A DNA stretch of 64,000 nucleotides, taken from assembly GCA_040285855.1 (NCBI GenBank), contig JAUFOQ010000013.1, forward strand, positions 1,178,001-1,242,000, in the 5' to 3' direction. Position numbers and translations under genes: made by a program. Shown here in pieces: positions 10,966 through 25,900 of this stretch. The notes under the pieces were generated by a model, which worked only from the letters and a program-made list of their open reading frames with translations, did not search any database and was not told where the DNA came from. Positions within the stretch are counted from its first letter, which is position 1, and each line of letters starts with the position of its first letter. This DNA is from Eukaryota sp. GEM-RC1. Taxonomy: Eukaryota.

Positions 10966-13900
10966 CTACTCTTCAAAATTCAGAAGATCGGCTACTCCAG
11001 GTAATTCAACCTGAGGAGGAGGAGCAAAAGATGATTTCTGAGCTCCTACTAATCTTGAAGCACGCTTGATCCGGGTTTGTGAATTTTTAAGGGGTGGAAG
11101 AGTTTTTCGATCAGTAACAGTTGAAGGTAAAGGAGATAAAGGCAATGCGGAAGCCTTTCCTTTACCAATAGTAACTGACTGACGAGTTGAAGGGAGGTTA
11201 CTGGGAAGTGGGGGCAACTTCTTAACAGGAACTGATGGAACTTCTACAAGTCCTAATTTAGATGAACTACTAGGTAATCTAGATTGACTAGTATTCTTCG
11301 CAAAACTTCCAGATTTGCTACCACTCTTGCCAAGAGATGAAGCTCTATTTCTAGAAAGAGATGGCAATGAAGGTAGAGATGATTGTGAGCCAGTTCGAGT
11401 AGGTCTCACTGAGTGCTTATTCGAAGCATACCAAGTGGACAAATTGGGGAATAAGCTAATAGAATCGCTATTTAAGGGGAAAGAAACTGTGGGTGAACTA
11501 TTATCATTGAGTTCGTCTAATTTAGATGATTTTGACTTGACCACAGAATCCATATCCTTCATCAACTTAAGCTTTTGTTGTAACTTGATGAATTGAAGAG
11601 CAATATAAGTGACAATTAGTACAGATGAAAGTGCAACTAAAATCACAGTTAAGAAAGCCAAGAATGATCTGGAACTGGAGGTAGCGGTAACAGGCTCGAA
11701 GATCACGGTGGCGATAGAGTGAACAGAAATATCAGAATCATCAGCTGAATTTGTGACCACAGTTTCGACATGAAGGTAATACATTGTGGGGTTATTCACA
11801 TATGGAGCTTGGAAAGACAAACCATTGACTAAAACAAATGATTCGTCATCAGAAGCACTCAAGGAAGCAACTTCAAGGTAGGAAAGTTCGTTAGTTGTTT
11901 CCAATTCTTCAACATTAAATGAAGGAGTATTTCTAAAGTCATGAATAATAGAGAAGGCGCGTTCATCGGGAGTTCCATCAGCTAAAAGACAACCGTATTT
12001 TCCTTCAACTTCATTATAAGCAATGGGTTCGTCTGATGGAGAAACACAAAGGTAAGCACCCTTAATGGATGAACGGAGAGAAACTGGTTCAGAACTGAGA
12101 GATGTCAGAATTACCAAATTCTTAGTAACTTCTACAAAAGTGCGAATAAAGACAGGGTCGTCCTTGAAGTAAGGACCAGGATAATAAGCAGACTTATCTG
12201 CAATTGCTGCATCCTCAGCATTTTCAGGTCCAGTTTTGGATACCAAGACTCCAGTTACGGAAGATGAGTCAAACGGACTTCCTAATCGGGTAAGTGTAAG
12301 CTCAATTTCAAAGAAGATATCTCGTTGGGAAGTGGAAACAAAGTAGGATCCAAGATAGTAGTAAGCAGAGTCCAGCTTAGTATCAGAGAACAATTCAAAG
12401 GAAGTTCTAGAAGCTCTTTCAATAATCATTGAGGAGTTATGAGGTGAATCAACGACTTCTAATAAATCTGCAGAAGAAACAAATCTAACAGACAGACCAG
12501 CCTTACCATTTTCAACATCCCAACTAGAAGAAACACCTCTAATAGGGAAAGATTGAGAAGAAGAGCAATCATGGGGACCAGTACATCCAGTTAACATTCT
12601 AAATTTAGCTACAACAAGTTTAAACTGGAACCAAAGTGAATTCTCAGCCACTCTAACAACTGAATCATAACCTGATCCAGTGATAGAAGGTGCAATGAGA
12701 TGAGCAAAGAAAGAACCTTGAACATCAACAATAAAAGTACCATGATAAGGAACTAAAGATAACTGGCGATCATCATTGAAAGATCTACATTCAAGTAAAT
12801 CTAGAGGATTAATGGTAGTTTCCAAGGCAATCGTTGAACACGACAAGGGATATTGCCTCCAAATGTGAGTATGAGCATAAGGTAAGTACAAAGGAGTATT
12901 CAAAGCAGAAGTTAGAAGAGCGTGGGGTGCAGAATTAGAAAATCCTGTACGATCAATAGATGTCATTACCTCAGGATCTTTGTTGGAACATGATGATACT
13001 GATCTAATAGAGTCAGCACCTACTGAGAATTTCTGGAAGTCAAGATACCATGTCATTTCCTGTCGAACATAAGGAAGCACAGCCATGAAGTGGAAACCAT
13101 TGCTACGCCATTGGATAGCAGATGTGATGCTGGAAGTGGCGATATCAGAGACCTTTTCAAAGAGCAAATTTCACAACTTCCGTGATACCAATTACTATAA
13201 GAATCATACATGGGTAAACCAGTATCATAATATGCCACATCACAGTCCTGGTGGTCACTAGACCAACCACAGTATCCAAAGGAAAGACAAGACTCGCAAG
13301 TGGAATGATTACCACAAGTATAAGCACAATCATGTCCAGCCCATCCATAGTCACAGTGACATCCTTCCCAATTACACCAACCGTTTACAATGTTAACAAT
13401 ACCTTCACCAGAAATGGATCCGTCCATATGATTGAAAGGACCAGGAAGAAGATCCAAGATTGAAGAATTAGTAACATGAATGACTGCACCAGGAGTTTCA
13501 GTGTAGATGGCAGAAGCAAAGGCATCACCCATGGATTTAACAGCACCTTTTACGATGTGAATTTCATTAACAGCAGAACCATGGGAAAGGTAAAGTCCAT
13601 AACCATCGCAATAGTCCTCCCAGAAACTATCAACACTTAGAGTGTCTTTATCAACTCCGAAATCTTCACAAGAGATATCCAGGAAGAAGTGGTAAGATGT
13701 GTTGAAATTTGATCCTAAAAGAACAGAACCAGATTCAATGGTTATTGGAGCTCCAATGACTTCATGAAGAGTAGTTCGAGCACCATCATTAAGTACATGA
13801 CCAGAGAAGTCAAAGGGAACGTGGGAAGAGACAACACCAGCTCTGAATATCAAGACATTTTGGAATTGAGTACAGGTTTCAATGATTCCAAAGTTATTCA

Positions 13901-16900
13901 TACCAAACTTGGACAATTCAAATCTAGTGGCACATAGAGAAATTTCATTATTATTAATGACGAAGGAGTCAACAAAAACGTCATCACTAGCTGTGAGATC
14001 AATCAATCCGTTATTGGTGATTGTAGCATAATGATGAGAGCGAACATTACATGAAGTACATGTAGTTTTGAAAACAGAATCAGAACGAATGATAAGATTT
14101 GTGTAGTTAGAAACAGCAAGTGATCCTGTGGAAAGAGTAAACGTGATATCAGACAGTTCAAATGTTCCGTGTCCAAAGACACTCAAGTCCTTATCAAGAA
14201 TGTGATCAGTCACTAAAAGATAACTACCATTAATTACATGAATTGAACAAGAATCAAACACTGGAGTGGAAGCAGTAATAGTGGTATGTTCGATCTTTAA
14301 GACTGAATCAGTACAAGAGAGATCTGAAGTTGAGGAAACGTCTGTAAAAACGATAGAAGATTCAGTGGCATGGAAATTGGAAAGTGAAACTGGAACTAAG
14401 AATTCGACAGTAGCAGAGTAAGCCTCGAATCGTGGGAAATCAGGCTGAATAAGGGACAAAATAGTTCCATTATTAAAAACGAGCAATCCATCTCCAGAAA
14501 CAGTGGACATAGATGAAAGTGTGGTTCGACCTGATAGAGTGACAACAGAAGGAACACTCATGGTTCCGTAAATGGTAGAGTTTCCAGTAATTCGAAGGTC
14601 ACCACTAGGAATGGAAACGAGAGCATCGTGATCAACAACAAGATTAGTGATGGTAGATTGACAAGTAGCAGTATGCAGAAGTTCACCATATATGATCACA
14701 TGAGATGAGTCATCAGAAGAAATGGTATTACAACCAGAAACTTCAAATAGACCAGTACTTTCAAGAATTAATTGAGAATCGAATAAATATACATCTCCAT
14801 CAGTCCAGGAAATCTGTGAAGAAATAGACATCAAAGAGTCTATGAGTTGTCTGAAACCAGTAGCCAGAGGTAAATCTATATCAACAGACTTGAGAGTTGA
14901 AGAAGTGACGGATGAACCAGTCCAAAGCGTGTAAGAAGCAGAGATGGTTGCTGAATCAACTTCACCACCAATGAGGAACAAATTTTCAACAATAAATTCA
15001 TTTGAAGATGTCAATTTTCCAGAAGCAATTTCAACGTTAGTGAAAACAACAGGCTCAAGTGAAGCAACATCAATGACACAGTCAGTACAAATTACTCGAG
15101 AATTTGGATTAAGGACAGCTCCAGACACCATCATATTTAGATTCTTGGAAATAGTAAAATCGTAAGCAGATGAATGTTGAACAGTACAATTCAAGTTAAC
15201 ATCAGTATTGAAGAAAATTCGTCCAGATGAAGCAATACAATTTCCAGTTGAAAAGACATCGACAGCAATATCTTCATTATTCAGCTCAAGAATACCATTA
15301 TTGTCGATGTTGATAACACCTTCAATTAATGTAGGTCCTGACAAGTCAACAGTTCCTTCAGTCACAGTTAAATCACCAGAGGGTAATACAACAAGATGAT
15401 TCAAAGTAGAAGAACATCCACTGACACATTCGAATTTACCATAAACTTCCATAATGTCACATATTGCAGCAGTAAGTATTTCACCACTACTAGAAGAGGA
15501 TAATATAGCATTTTCAAGGATAGTAAACTTGGAACAATCTTCGAGTGAGAGATTTCCTTCAACCCATTGACCAATATTAGAAAGCAACAATTGAGATGAT
15601 GATAACTTCTGTTCCAATTCAGTGTTGATTAAGAGATCATGAGTGGAAATTACAGAATTATCCATGAGACCAGATGAGAATCCAAACATGATATTAACAG
15701 TGATAAGAGAGTTGTCAGCAACAGCACCACCAGTGAGGAACAAATAGTCGACAGTAAAGTCATTTGAAGATGTCAATTTTCCAGAAGCAATTTCAATGTA
15801 AGTGAAAACAACAGGTTCAAGTGAAGCAACATCAATGACACAGTCAGTACAAATTACTCGAGAATTTGGATTAAGGACAGCTCCAGACACCATCATATTG
15901 AGATTCTTGGAAATAGTAAAATCGTAAGCAGATGAATGTTGAACAGTACAATTCAAGTTAACATCAGCATTGAAGAAAATTCGTCCAGATGAAACAATAC
16001 AATTTCCAGTTGAAAGGACATCAACATCTTCATTATTCAGCTCAAGAATACCATCAGTGTCGATATTGATAACACCTTCAATTAAGGTAGGTCCTGACAA
16101 GTCAACAGTTCCTTCAGTCACAGTCAAATCACCAGAAGGTAATACAACAAGATGATTCAAAGTAGAAGAACATCCACTGATACAATCAAACTTACCATAG
16201 ATTTCCATAATGTCACATTCTGTAACAGTAAGTATTTCACCACTACTAGAAGAGGATAATATAGCATTTTCAAGGATAGTAAACTTGGAACAATCTTCGA
16301 GTGAGAGATTTCCTTCAACCCATTGACCAGTATTAGAAAGCAACAATTGAGATGATGATAACTTCTTTTCCAATTCAGTGTTGATTAAGAGATCATGAGT
16401 GGAAATTACAGAATTATCCATGAGACCAGATGAGAATCCAAACATGATATTAACAGTGATAAGAGAGTTGTCAGCAACATCACCACCAGTGAGGAACAAA
16501 TAGTCGACAGTAAAGTCATTTGAAGATGTCAATTTTCCAGAAGCAATTTCAATGTAAGTGAAAACAACAGGTTCAAGTGAAGCAACATCAATGACACAGT
16601 CAGTACAAATTACTCGAGAATTTGGATTAAGGACAGCTCCAGACACCATCATATTGAGATTCTTGGAAATAGTAAAATCGTAAGCAGATGAATGTTGAAC
16701 AGTACAATTCAAGTTAACATCAGCATTGAAGAAAATTCGTCCAGATGAAACAATACAATTTCCAGTTGAAAGGACATCAACATCTTCATTATTCAGCTCA
16801 AGAATACCATCAGTGTCGATATTGATAACACCTTCAATTAAGGTAGGTCCTGACAAGTCAACAGTTCCTTCAGTCACAGTCAAATCACCAGAAGGTAATA

Positions 16901-19900
16901 CAACAAGATGATTCAAAGTAGAAGAACATCCACTGATACAATCAAACTTACCATAGATTTCCATAATGTCACATTCTGTAACAGTAAGTATTTCACCACT
17001 ACTAGAAGAGGATAATATAGCATTTTCAAGGATAGCAAACTTGGAACAATCTTCGAGTAAAAGATTTCCTGCAACCCATTGACCAGTATTAGAAAGCAAC
17101 AATTGGGATAATGATAATTTCTTTTCCAATTCAGTGTTGATTAAGAGATCATGAGTTGAAATTACAGAATTATCCATAAGTCCAGATGAGAATTCAAACA
17201 TGATATTAACAGTGATAAGAGAGTTGTCAGCAACATCACCACCAGTGAGGAACAAATAGTCGACAGTAAAGTCATTTGAAGATGTCAATTTTCCAGAAGC
17301 AATTTCAATGTAAGTGAAAACAACAGGTTCAAGTGAAGCAACATCAATGACACAGTCAGTACAAATTACTCGAGAATTTGGATTAAGGACAGCTCCAGAC
17401 ACCATCATATTGAGATTCTTGGAAATAGTAAAATCGTAAGCAGATGAATGTTGAACAGTACAATTCAAGTTAACATCAGCATTGAAGAAAATTCGTCCAG
17501 ATGAAACAATACAATTTCCAGTTGAAAGGACATCAACATCTTCATTATTCAGCTCAAGAATACCATCAGTGTCGATATTGATAACACCTTCAATTAAGGT
17601 AGGTCCTGACAAGTCAACAGTTCCTTCAGTCACAGTCAAATCACCAGAAGGTAATACAACAAGATGATTCAAAGTAGAAGAACATCCACTGATACAATCA
17701 AACTTACCATAGATTTCCATAATGTCACATTCTGTAACAGTAAGTATTTCACCACTACTAGAAGAGGATAATACAGCATTTTCAAGGATAGCAAACTTGG
17801 AACAATCTTCGAGTAAAAGATTTCCTGCAACCCATTGACCAGTATTAGAAAGCAACAATTGGGATAATGATAATTTCTTTTCCAATTCAGTGTTGATTAA
17901 GAGATCATGAGTGGAAATTACAGAATTATCCATGAGACCAGATGAGAATTCAAACATGGTATTAACAGTGATAAGAGAGTTGTCAGCAACATCACCACCA
18001 GTGAGGAACAAATAATCGACAGTAAAGTCATTTGAAGATGTCAATTTTCCAGAAGCAATTTCAATGTAAGTGAAAACAACAGGTTCAAGTGATGCGACAT
18101 CAATGACACAGTCAATACAAATCACTCGAGAACTTGGATTAAGGACAGCTCCAGACACCATCATATTGAGATTCTTTGAAATAGTAAAATCGTAAGCAGA
18201 TGAATGTTGAACAGTACAATTCAAGTTAACATCAGCATTGAAGAAAATTCGTCCAGATGAAACAATACAATTTCCAGTTGAAAGGACATCAACATCTTCA
18301 TTATTCAGCTCAAGAATACCATCAGTGTCGATATTGATAACACCTTCAATTAAGGTAGGTCCTGACAAGTCAACAGTTCCTTCAGTCACAGTCAAATCAC
18401 CAGAAGGTAATACAACAAGATGATTCAAAGTAGAAGAACATCCACTGATACAATCAAATTTACCATAGATTTCCATAATGTCACATTCTGTAACAGTAAG
18501 TATTTCACCACTACTAGAAGAGGATAATATAGCATTTTCAAGGATAACAAACTTGGAACAATCTTCGAGTAAAAGATTTCCTGCAACCCATTGACCAGTA
18601 TTAGAAAGCAACAATTGGGATAATGATAATTTCTTTTCCAATTCAGTGTTAATTAAGAGACCATGAGTTGAAACCACAGAATTATCCATAAGTCCAGATG
18701 AGAATTCAAACATGATATTAACAGTTATAAGAGAGTTGTCAGCAACATCACCTCCAGTGAGGAACAAATAGTCGACAGTAAAGTCATTTGAAGATGTCAA
18801 TTTTCCAGAAGCAATTTCAATGTAAGTGAAAACAACAGGTTCAAGTGATGCAACATCAATGACACAGTCAATACAAATCACTCGAGAACTTGGATTAAGG
18901 ACAGCTCCAGACACCATCATATTGAGATTCTTTGAAATAGTAAAATCGTAAGCAGATGAATGTTGAACAGTACAATTCAAGTTAACATCAGCATTGAAGA
19001 AAATTCGTCCAGATGAAACAATACAATTTCCGGTTGAAAAGACATCAACACCTTCATTATTCAGCTCAAGAATACCATTATTATCGATATTGATAACACC
19101 TTCAATTAAGGTAGGTCCTGACAAGTCAACAGTGCCTTCAGTCACAGTCAAATCACCAGAGGGTAATACAACAAGATGATTCAAAGTAGAAGAACATCCA
19201 CTGATACAATCAAATTTACCATAGATTTCCATAATGTCACATAATGCAGCAGTAAGTACCTCACCACTACTAGAAGAGGATAATATAGCATTTTCAAGGA
19301 TAACAAACTTGGAACAATCTTCGAGTAAAAGATTTCCTGCAACCCATTGACCAGTATTAGAAAGCAACAATTGGGATAATGATAATTTCTTTTCCAATTC
19401 AGTGTTAATTAAGAGACCATGAGTTGAAACCACAGAATTATCCATAAGTCCAGATGAGAATTCAAACATGATATTAACAGTTATAAGAGAGTTGTCAGCA
19501 ACATCACCTCCAGTGAGGAACAAATAGTCGACAGTAAAGTCATTTGAAGATGTCAATTTTCCAGAAGCAATTTCAATGTAAGTGAAAACAACAGGTTCAA
19601 GTGATGCAACATCAATGACACAGTCAATACAAATCACTCGAGAATTTGCATTAAGGACAGCTCCGGACGCCATCATATTGAGATTCTTTGAAATAGTAAA
19701 ATCGTAAGTAGATGAATGTTGAACAGTACAATTCAAGTTAACATCAGTATTGAAGAAAATTTGTCCAGATGAAACAAAACAATTTCCAGTTGAAAAGACA
19801 TCGACAGCAACATCTTCATTATTCAGCTCAAGAATACCATTATTATCGATATTAATAACACCTTCAATTAATGTAGGTCCTGACAAGTCAACAGTTCCTT

Positions 19901-22900
19901 CAGTCACAGTCAAATCACCAGAAGGTAATACAACAAGATGATTCAAAGTAGAAGAACATCCACTGATACAATCAAATTTACCATAGATTTCCATAATGTC
20001 ACATAATGCAGCAGTAAGTATTTCACCATTACTAGAAGAGGATAATATAGCATTTTCAAGGATAAAAAATTTGGAACAATCTTGTAGAGTAAGATTTCCT
20101 GCAACCCATTGACCAGTATTAGAAAGCAACAATTGAGATGATGATAACTTCTTTTCAAATTCAGTGTTAATTAAGAGATCATGAGTAGAAATGACAGACG
20201 TATTCAAAAACCCAGAATCAAACTGCATATTATTATCAATTGTAACATCGGAATCTGATACAACACCGCCACTAAGAACAAGTGTTGAAGAAAACACGTG
20301 TGTGGTTCCATGAACATGAGACAAATGCATAACATCAATCATGGTAACAGTCATGGAAGCCATTGAATGACTAGTAAGAGATGAATTAGACAATTGCAAG
20401 ATACTCGAAGGATTTAGAATAGAACCCTCTTCAAGTAAAACAAGTGAAGTATTGGCAACAACAATCTCATTGACTGCATTTGAATGTATTCTGAACAGGC
20501 AATTAATTGTAAGAGGAACATCAGCGAACAATGACCCGTATAGGCTAGCACATTCTGTGGAAGAATTGAGGAAGTGATGGTTAAGAGAAGTAAGTTCAAG
20601 TAAAGTGTTAGAACTGGTTGAAGTAAGAGACTGATCAAAGTGAACAGAGTTGAAAAGAGTTAACTGACCATTTAGGAGAGAAATTAAACCATAGTTGTCA
20701 ATGTAGTTGATAACGGTTTGACCAGAAGTTGAGTGACGTAGCTCACCCATCAATTGGATTGGACGATCTGAATCAGTAACAATACTGACATCATCGTTGG
20801 AATACATAACTGCAGAAGCCTCAACAACTAAGTTAGACGAATACATGTGTAAGGTAACATCTGAATCCAATTGTGCCTGTGAGGTTATGGAAACGTTATG
20901 AGTGGAGAAAGAAATGAAGTTTGACATTTGAACAGAATCCAAGATCACATGTCCATGTTCGATGAAATGTGCATCATTAAGAGTAGTTGTAATAGCGGAG
21001 ATCACACCATCATTGGTTACGGTGGAGTTAAGCACAGTCACGACAGTAGAAAAGAGGGTTGAATCTCGTTCGACAACAACATTTTCATTGTGCAGAATCG
21101 ACAATGATGCAGTATTTACAGTAACATTTTCATTGAGCAAGAAATGACCCTCATGGTTGACAGTTAAATCGACAAATGAAACAGAAGGGGCATTCTGGAA
21201 ATCAACCAGAGCAGTTCCAATAGGAACATATACTGGAGTATTACTGACAATAAGAAAATCGGGACCAAAGGTGGCCAGTGCTTCAGCAGTGTTTGTAGTT
21301 ACAGAAGGAGCTGAAATACCGAAATTCATGTGACAATTACCAGAAACCATGAAATCAACATGAGAAGTAAGGAAGAAAGAATCATAGGAGATAATAGTGG
21401 AATTAATACATGTAGCATTAAAAGTGACAACAGTAGATTGCTTTACTTCTACAAAACCATCAAAGGCCTCGAAAATATCAATTCGTGCAGCACCTCTATC
21501 AATGAAGTGTGCCTCATTAGTAGCAATAGTAATTCTACCTAGATGAATAGGACAATTATTAATAACTGTTCCGTTTTGAATTCTAATCCATCCGATTGAC
21601 ATGAAAGAATCATCACAAACTGAAAGTTCCATTACAGCTCCGTCATCAACAAGTAAAGGAGAATCAGGATTTAGAAGTCTGAATCCTGGCAACAACTCAA
21701 GTATACCCTTTTCATAAGTCATGAGAGATTCAGAAGTAATTTCCATGGCAGTACCAAGAGAGAGACGAGAGTCCTCTTCTAAGTCAAGACTAAGAGTACC
21801 ACGTAATGGTCCAGGACCGTCAATAAGACCAGAAATTAGTGAGCCGGAACAATCAATGAGGAGTGCGTCATTACTATCAATTTGGATCGTACCATTTGCA
21901 AAGTGCAATTGACAAACTGTAGTGTCTGTCTGGACATGGAATTTGCTATCACGAGTAGAAGTCATATTGACTCGATAGATATAAGAATCAGAATCACCTG
22001 AATGTTCATAGGTATTAACTAAACCATTATCGATAACCATGGCAGCTTTAGGTGCAGTGTTCATAACAGTTGCTCTATTTGAGACCAATAATATCACATC
22101 TTGCGGGACCACAATAGGAGTTGAAGTAACTAGAGTTGAATCTAGATCCAAGGTAGATGTGATGATAAAATGTCCATGATTGTTTACAGATCCAACTCCA
22201 GTAATAAGAGAATCATCCCACAAGGATTGACAAGTTGAAGGAAGAATAAGGAAACTTTCAGATGATATGTCAAATGTTGATGAAGAAGATGAAAGATTAT
22301 GAGTGACGTTAAACCTAGAGTCAATATTGATTACAGAATCAATGGAAGCAAATCTATCCACAGTAGCAGGACCATTAGCACCAGATACATGAACCACACT
22401 ATCAACTACAGTAAGAGGATTCTCCAGTTCCGCAAAGGAATTGTGCCAAAGATGTAGGATAGAATCGGTAAATAAGACTGAATGGATAGACTGAATTAAA
22501 CTGTAATGATGCAGGGTAGAAGAATCAAATGCAATTCCACCAGTTTCACAAGAGACTAGGATGTAAGAGCCGACGTCATATGTATGAGTATTTGCAGAGT
22601 ATAAGATGCTAGAAGATCCATTAATAAAGAGATCTCCTTTCAACAGAGAAGAGAATGAAACATCAACATCAGACGTCATCACCGTAGAATTTGAAGATTC
22701 CCATAAATCATATCCGAACAGTTCAAAATTGGTAGAATTCTCAATCAGAAGGGTTCCACTACTTCCAACAGCCCGTTTAGTGGAGTGTAATAGGGAACAA
22801 TCAGTACAAGAAATGTTGGTAAAACCCGTGAACTCAATGTTCCAATAACCATGATTCGAAAACATAACATTTCCACTAACAAATTTAGCTGTATGGATAA

Positions 22901-25900
22901 CATTGATTTGCCAAGTGGAAGTTCTAGAATCAGGAATATCGACAAATAAGGATCCTCGGCAATTAACAATACCAGAACCAGATACAAAATCTCCACCAAT
23001 CCACTCAAAGGTAGAATTAGAACCAGACACAATGGAGTTGGATCCAGATACCTGAGCAGTTCCGTCCAATAACAAGTAATCAGTAACAGTTAAAATACCA
23101 TTTACTATGAGGGATCCACCATCCATAATAACATGTCTAAATGATGGTGTTGAAGAAAGTGCAACTGTAACAGATCCACCATGAATGGCAGCAGGAGCCA
23201 CAAACTCGTTGTCAAAGAAAAGAGTAGATGTGAAAGTTACTGTTCCATCATTGATTGAGAAGAAACCAGTGGAATTAGATTTCACAAGACCTCTCATTGT
23301 TACTGTTCCAGAATTAATAGTGAAATCACCGAACAAATACAAAACTGACAAATCATTGAAAATGACAGTGGTTCCAAAAATATTGACAAAACTTCCATAT
23401 CGTACGACAAATTCTCTATTGAAATGATGAACACGAGTCATGAAATGAACTTCTGAGCCTTCAACTATTGATTTTCCGAAGAATCTAGTTCCAGCATTGA
23501 ATGTCAATAGCGCAGAGCTATTTAAGAAGCGGAAAAGACCTTCATTAATGAAAAGTTCATTATTAGAATTGGCTTGAATTACATAAGGATCGGCAAAGTC
23601 AATAATTGTTGTTCCGCCATGGTGAGTAATAAATCTAGCATTTTGAGTCATAATTAGGGAACCTTCAGTCCAAAGAGCTTGTCCTCTGACATTGATGAAT
23701 CGTTGTTGAAGGATTTTGTTATTAGGAGCTGAAATGTAAAATTCCTGAATAGGAGAAATAACACAGTCCTGACCTCGAAGAACACCATCCCACCAATTCC
23801 ACAAATGATCGACATAAATTGTATCTCTGAAACCATCAACCAATCCAGAATGGAAATTGAAAACAGAAATGTTGAAGATGGAAAATTCACCACCTTTGAG
23901 GAATCCATCATCAGAAATATTTAAAAATCCAGTGAGTTTAAAGTTGGCGTCATCAGTGACAAACAATTCACCACCAGTAGCAACAATTGAAGAAACAGTC
24001 ACAAGAGGTGTCGTAAAGATCTCTCTTCTTGCTTGAACCAATCCATCATAAATGTATAAAACAACATGGGGAGCCCATTCAGTTTGGAAGTGGAGATTCA
24101 ACACACCAGACTCAATAAAGATCGATCCGTGAGTATTTACAATTCCTCTCATTGTTGTAACGGCAGTGCCAGCTAAACGTACATTAACGTCACCAGTAAA
24201 CTCACTACCTGGGGCTACAAGAAACTCTCCCTGCTGGAATTCGGCCCAAGAACTTACTTGTCCAAACATATCACCTTCAAAGTTTCCACCTCCTACAAGA
24301 AGTAGAGTGGTATTCTCGAAAACAGCAGTTCTATTCATATTGACGAAATAAGCAGCGACTTCTAAATCAAACATTACATCTAAGGCGGCTCTTACAATTA
24401 ACCGAGATCGATGATCTGGTTGAGGACGTGTATCTTTAACAATATTAGCTTGGTTGACACCAAAAGTACCTCGACAATCAATTACAGCACGGTTAGTTAA
24501 ATGAATATATCCATGTGACCAAGAAGATGTGCGCAAAAAGATAAGTGTTCGTTGATCGAAAACTTGTTTGGGACAATAATCGGCAATGTCGACGTGACAG
24601 TCGAATACTGATTGACCGGCACTGTCTTGACCTCTGAAAATAGTACAATTCCACTGAGAATATCCGGAAACAAAAGTTGAACCGAAACCAAGAATTTGAC
24701 CTCCAATAAAGAGGAAAACACCATCAGCACCAGAGACAAGAGAACCCGAAATATCATAAGATCCTCCGTAAATACTAAACAAATCAAACACAGTTAATTC
24801 AAGAGCAAACGTGTGAGTAAGTGTTCCACCATGAATGTTAAAGACACAAACTTCGATTTTGTTATGAGTTTCAGATCTAGCAAAAGATACAGTACCAGCA
24901 AGCACAAGTAATTGAGATCTGCAGTTATTAATCTTGGCAGGAGCCCTGAATTGAGTAGTTCCTCCCTTAATGATGACCTCCATATCCTCAACAATTCCTA
25001 AAAAGGTGGACATTGCATTGTCAAAGATGATGGTTCCATTACCAATAAACCTTGCAGTATGATCCATATGGAAAGCCAGAGCCATAAAGATAAGTTCAGT
25101 GTTGTGGTCCAAGAAAATAGTTCCCGGAAGCATACCTCCAGCAAAGAATCTTGAAGTACCATTAAAGGCTTCAAATCGAGATCCAATAGTAGCAACCAAT
25201 CGAGAAGTGATGTTAAGAGAGTCATAAGCAAGTACTTTTCCTTTGTTATTAAAATTTCCATCCATAGAGATTGAATTTACGTCTAAGGAATGAAGAGAAC
25301 CAGATTGTTCAACAGACAGTGTACCAGCTTCAGTAGCTTCAATATAACCACCGGACCAAAAGGTTTCTCCATGAAGGAAAAAGGTACGTCGAGTCCATGT
25401 CTTAGGACAAGCTCCTTCGATATTTAAGGTACCCATAAAGGTGTTACTACCATATCCAATAAAGTTACCACCTTTAGTAGGAGTTAAGCAAGACCAGACA
25501 GAATAAACATCTTCTAACACAACAATGTCGTTCATACCACCAATCTCACCTCCTTTGAAAATGAATTGTCCTTCAGTGATGGTTAAACCACCAGCACCAT
25601 CGAGAGATACTAAACCATTATACACTTCGAGATTCAGGGAGACAGTCAAAGCAGCATCTGTATAGAGCGTACCGTTAAGTACAATTACATTGGTAACTTC
25701 ATGATTAGCACCAGAAAAGTCTACAAAAGCACCATCAATAATGAAAGGAGCAGTAGATGCGATCTTGGCAGAGTCTCTAAACCAAACAGTACCACCTCTA
25801 GCAATGATCCTAGCATCATCACCAGTCATATTAAAGATACCTCGAGCATCAATGTCTGAACCGTCAAACAATACTTCGCCTTGACCAACAAGCCAACTAT

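Noticed and set aside
14944..19941. Repeated ~61-aa plus-strand ORFs (MKKIRPDET...)
   Set aside because: Antisense shadows of the 756-bp coding repeat.
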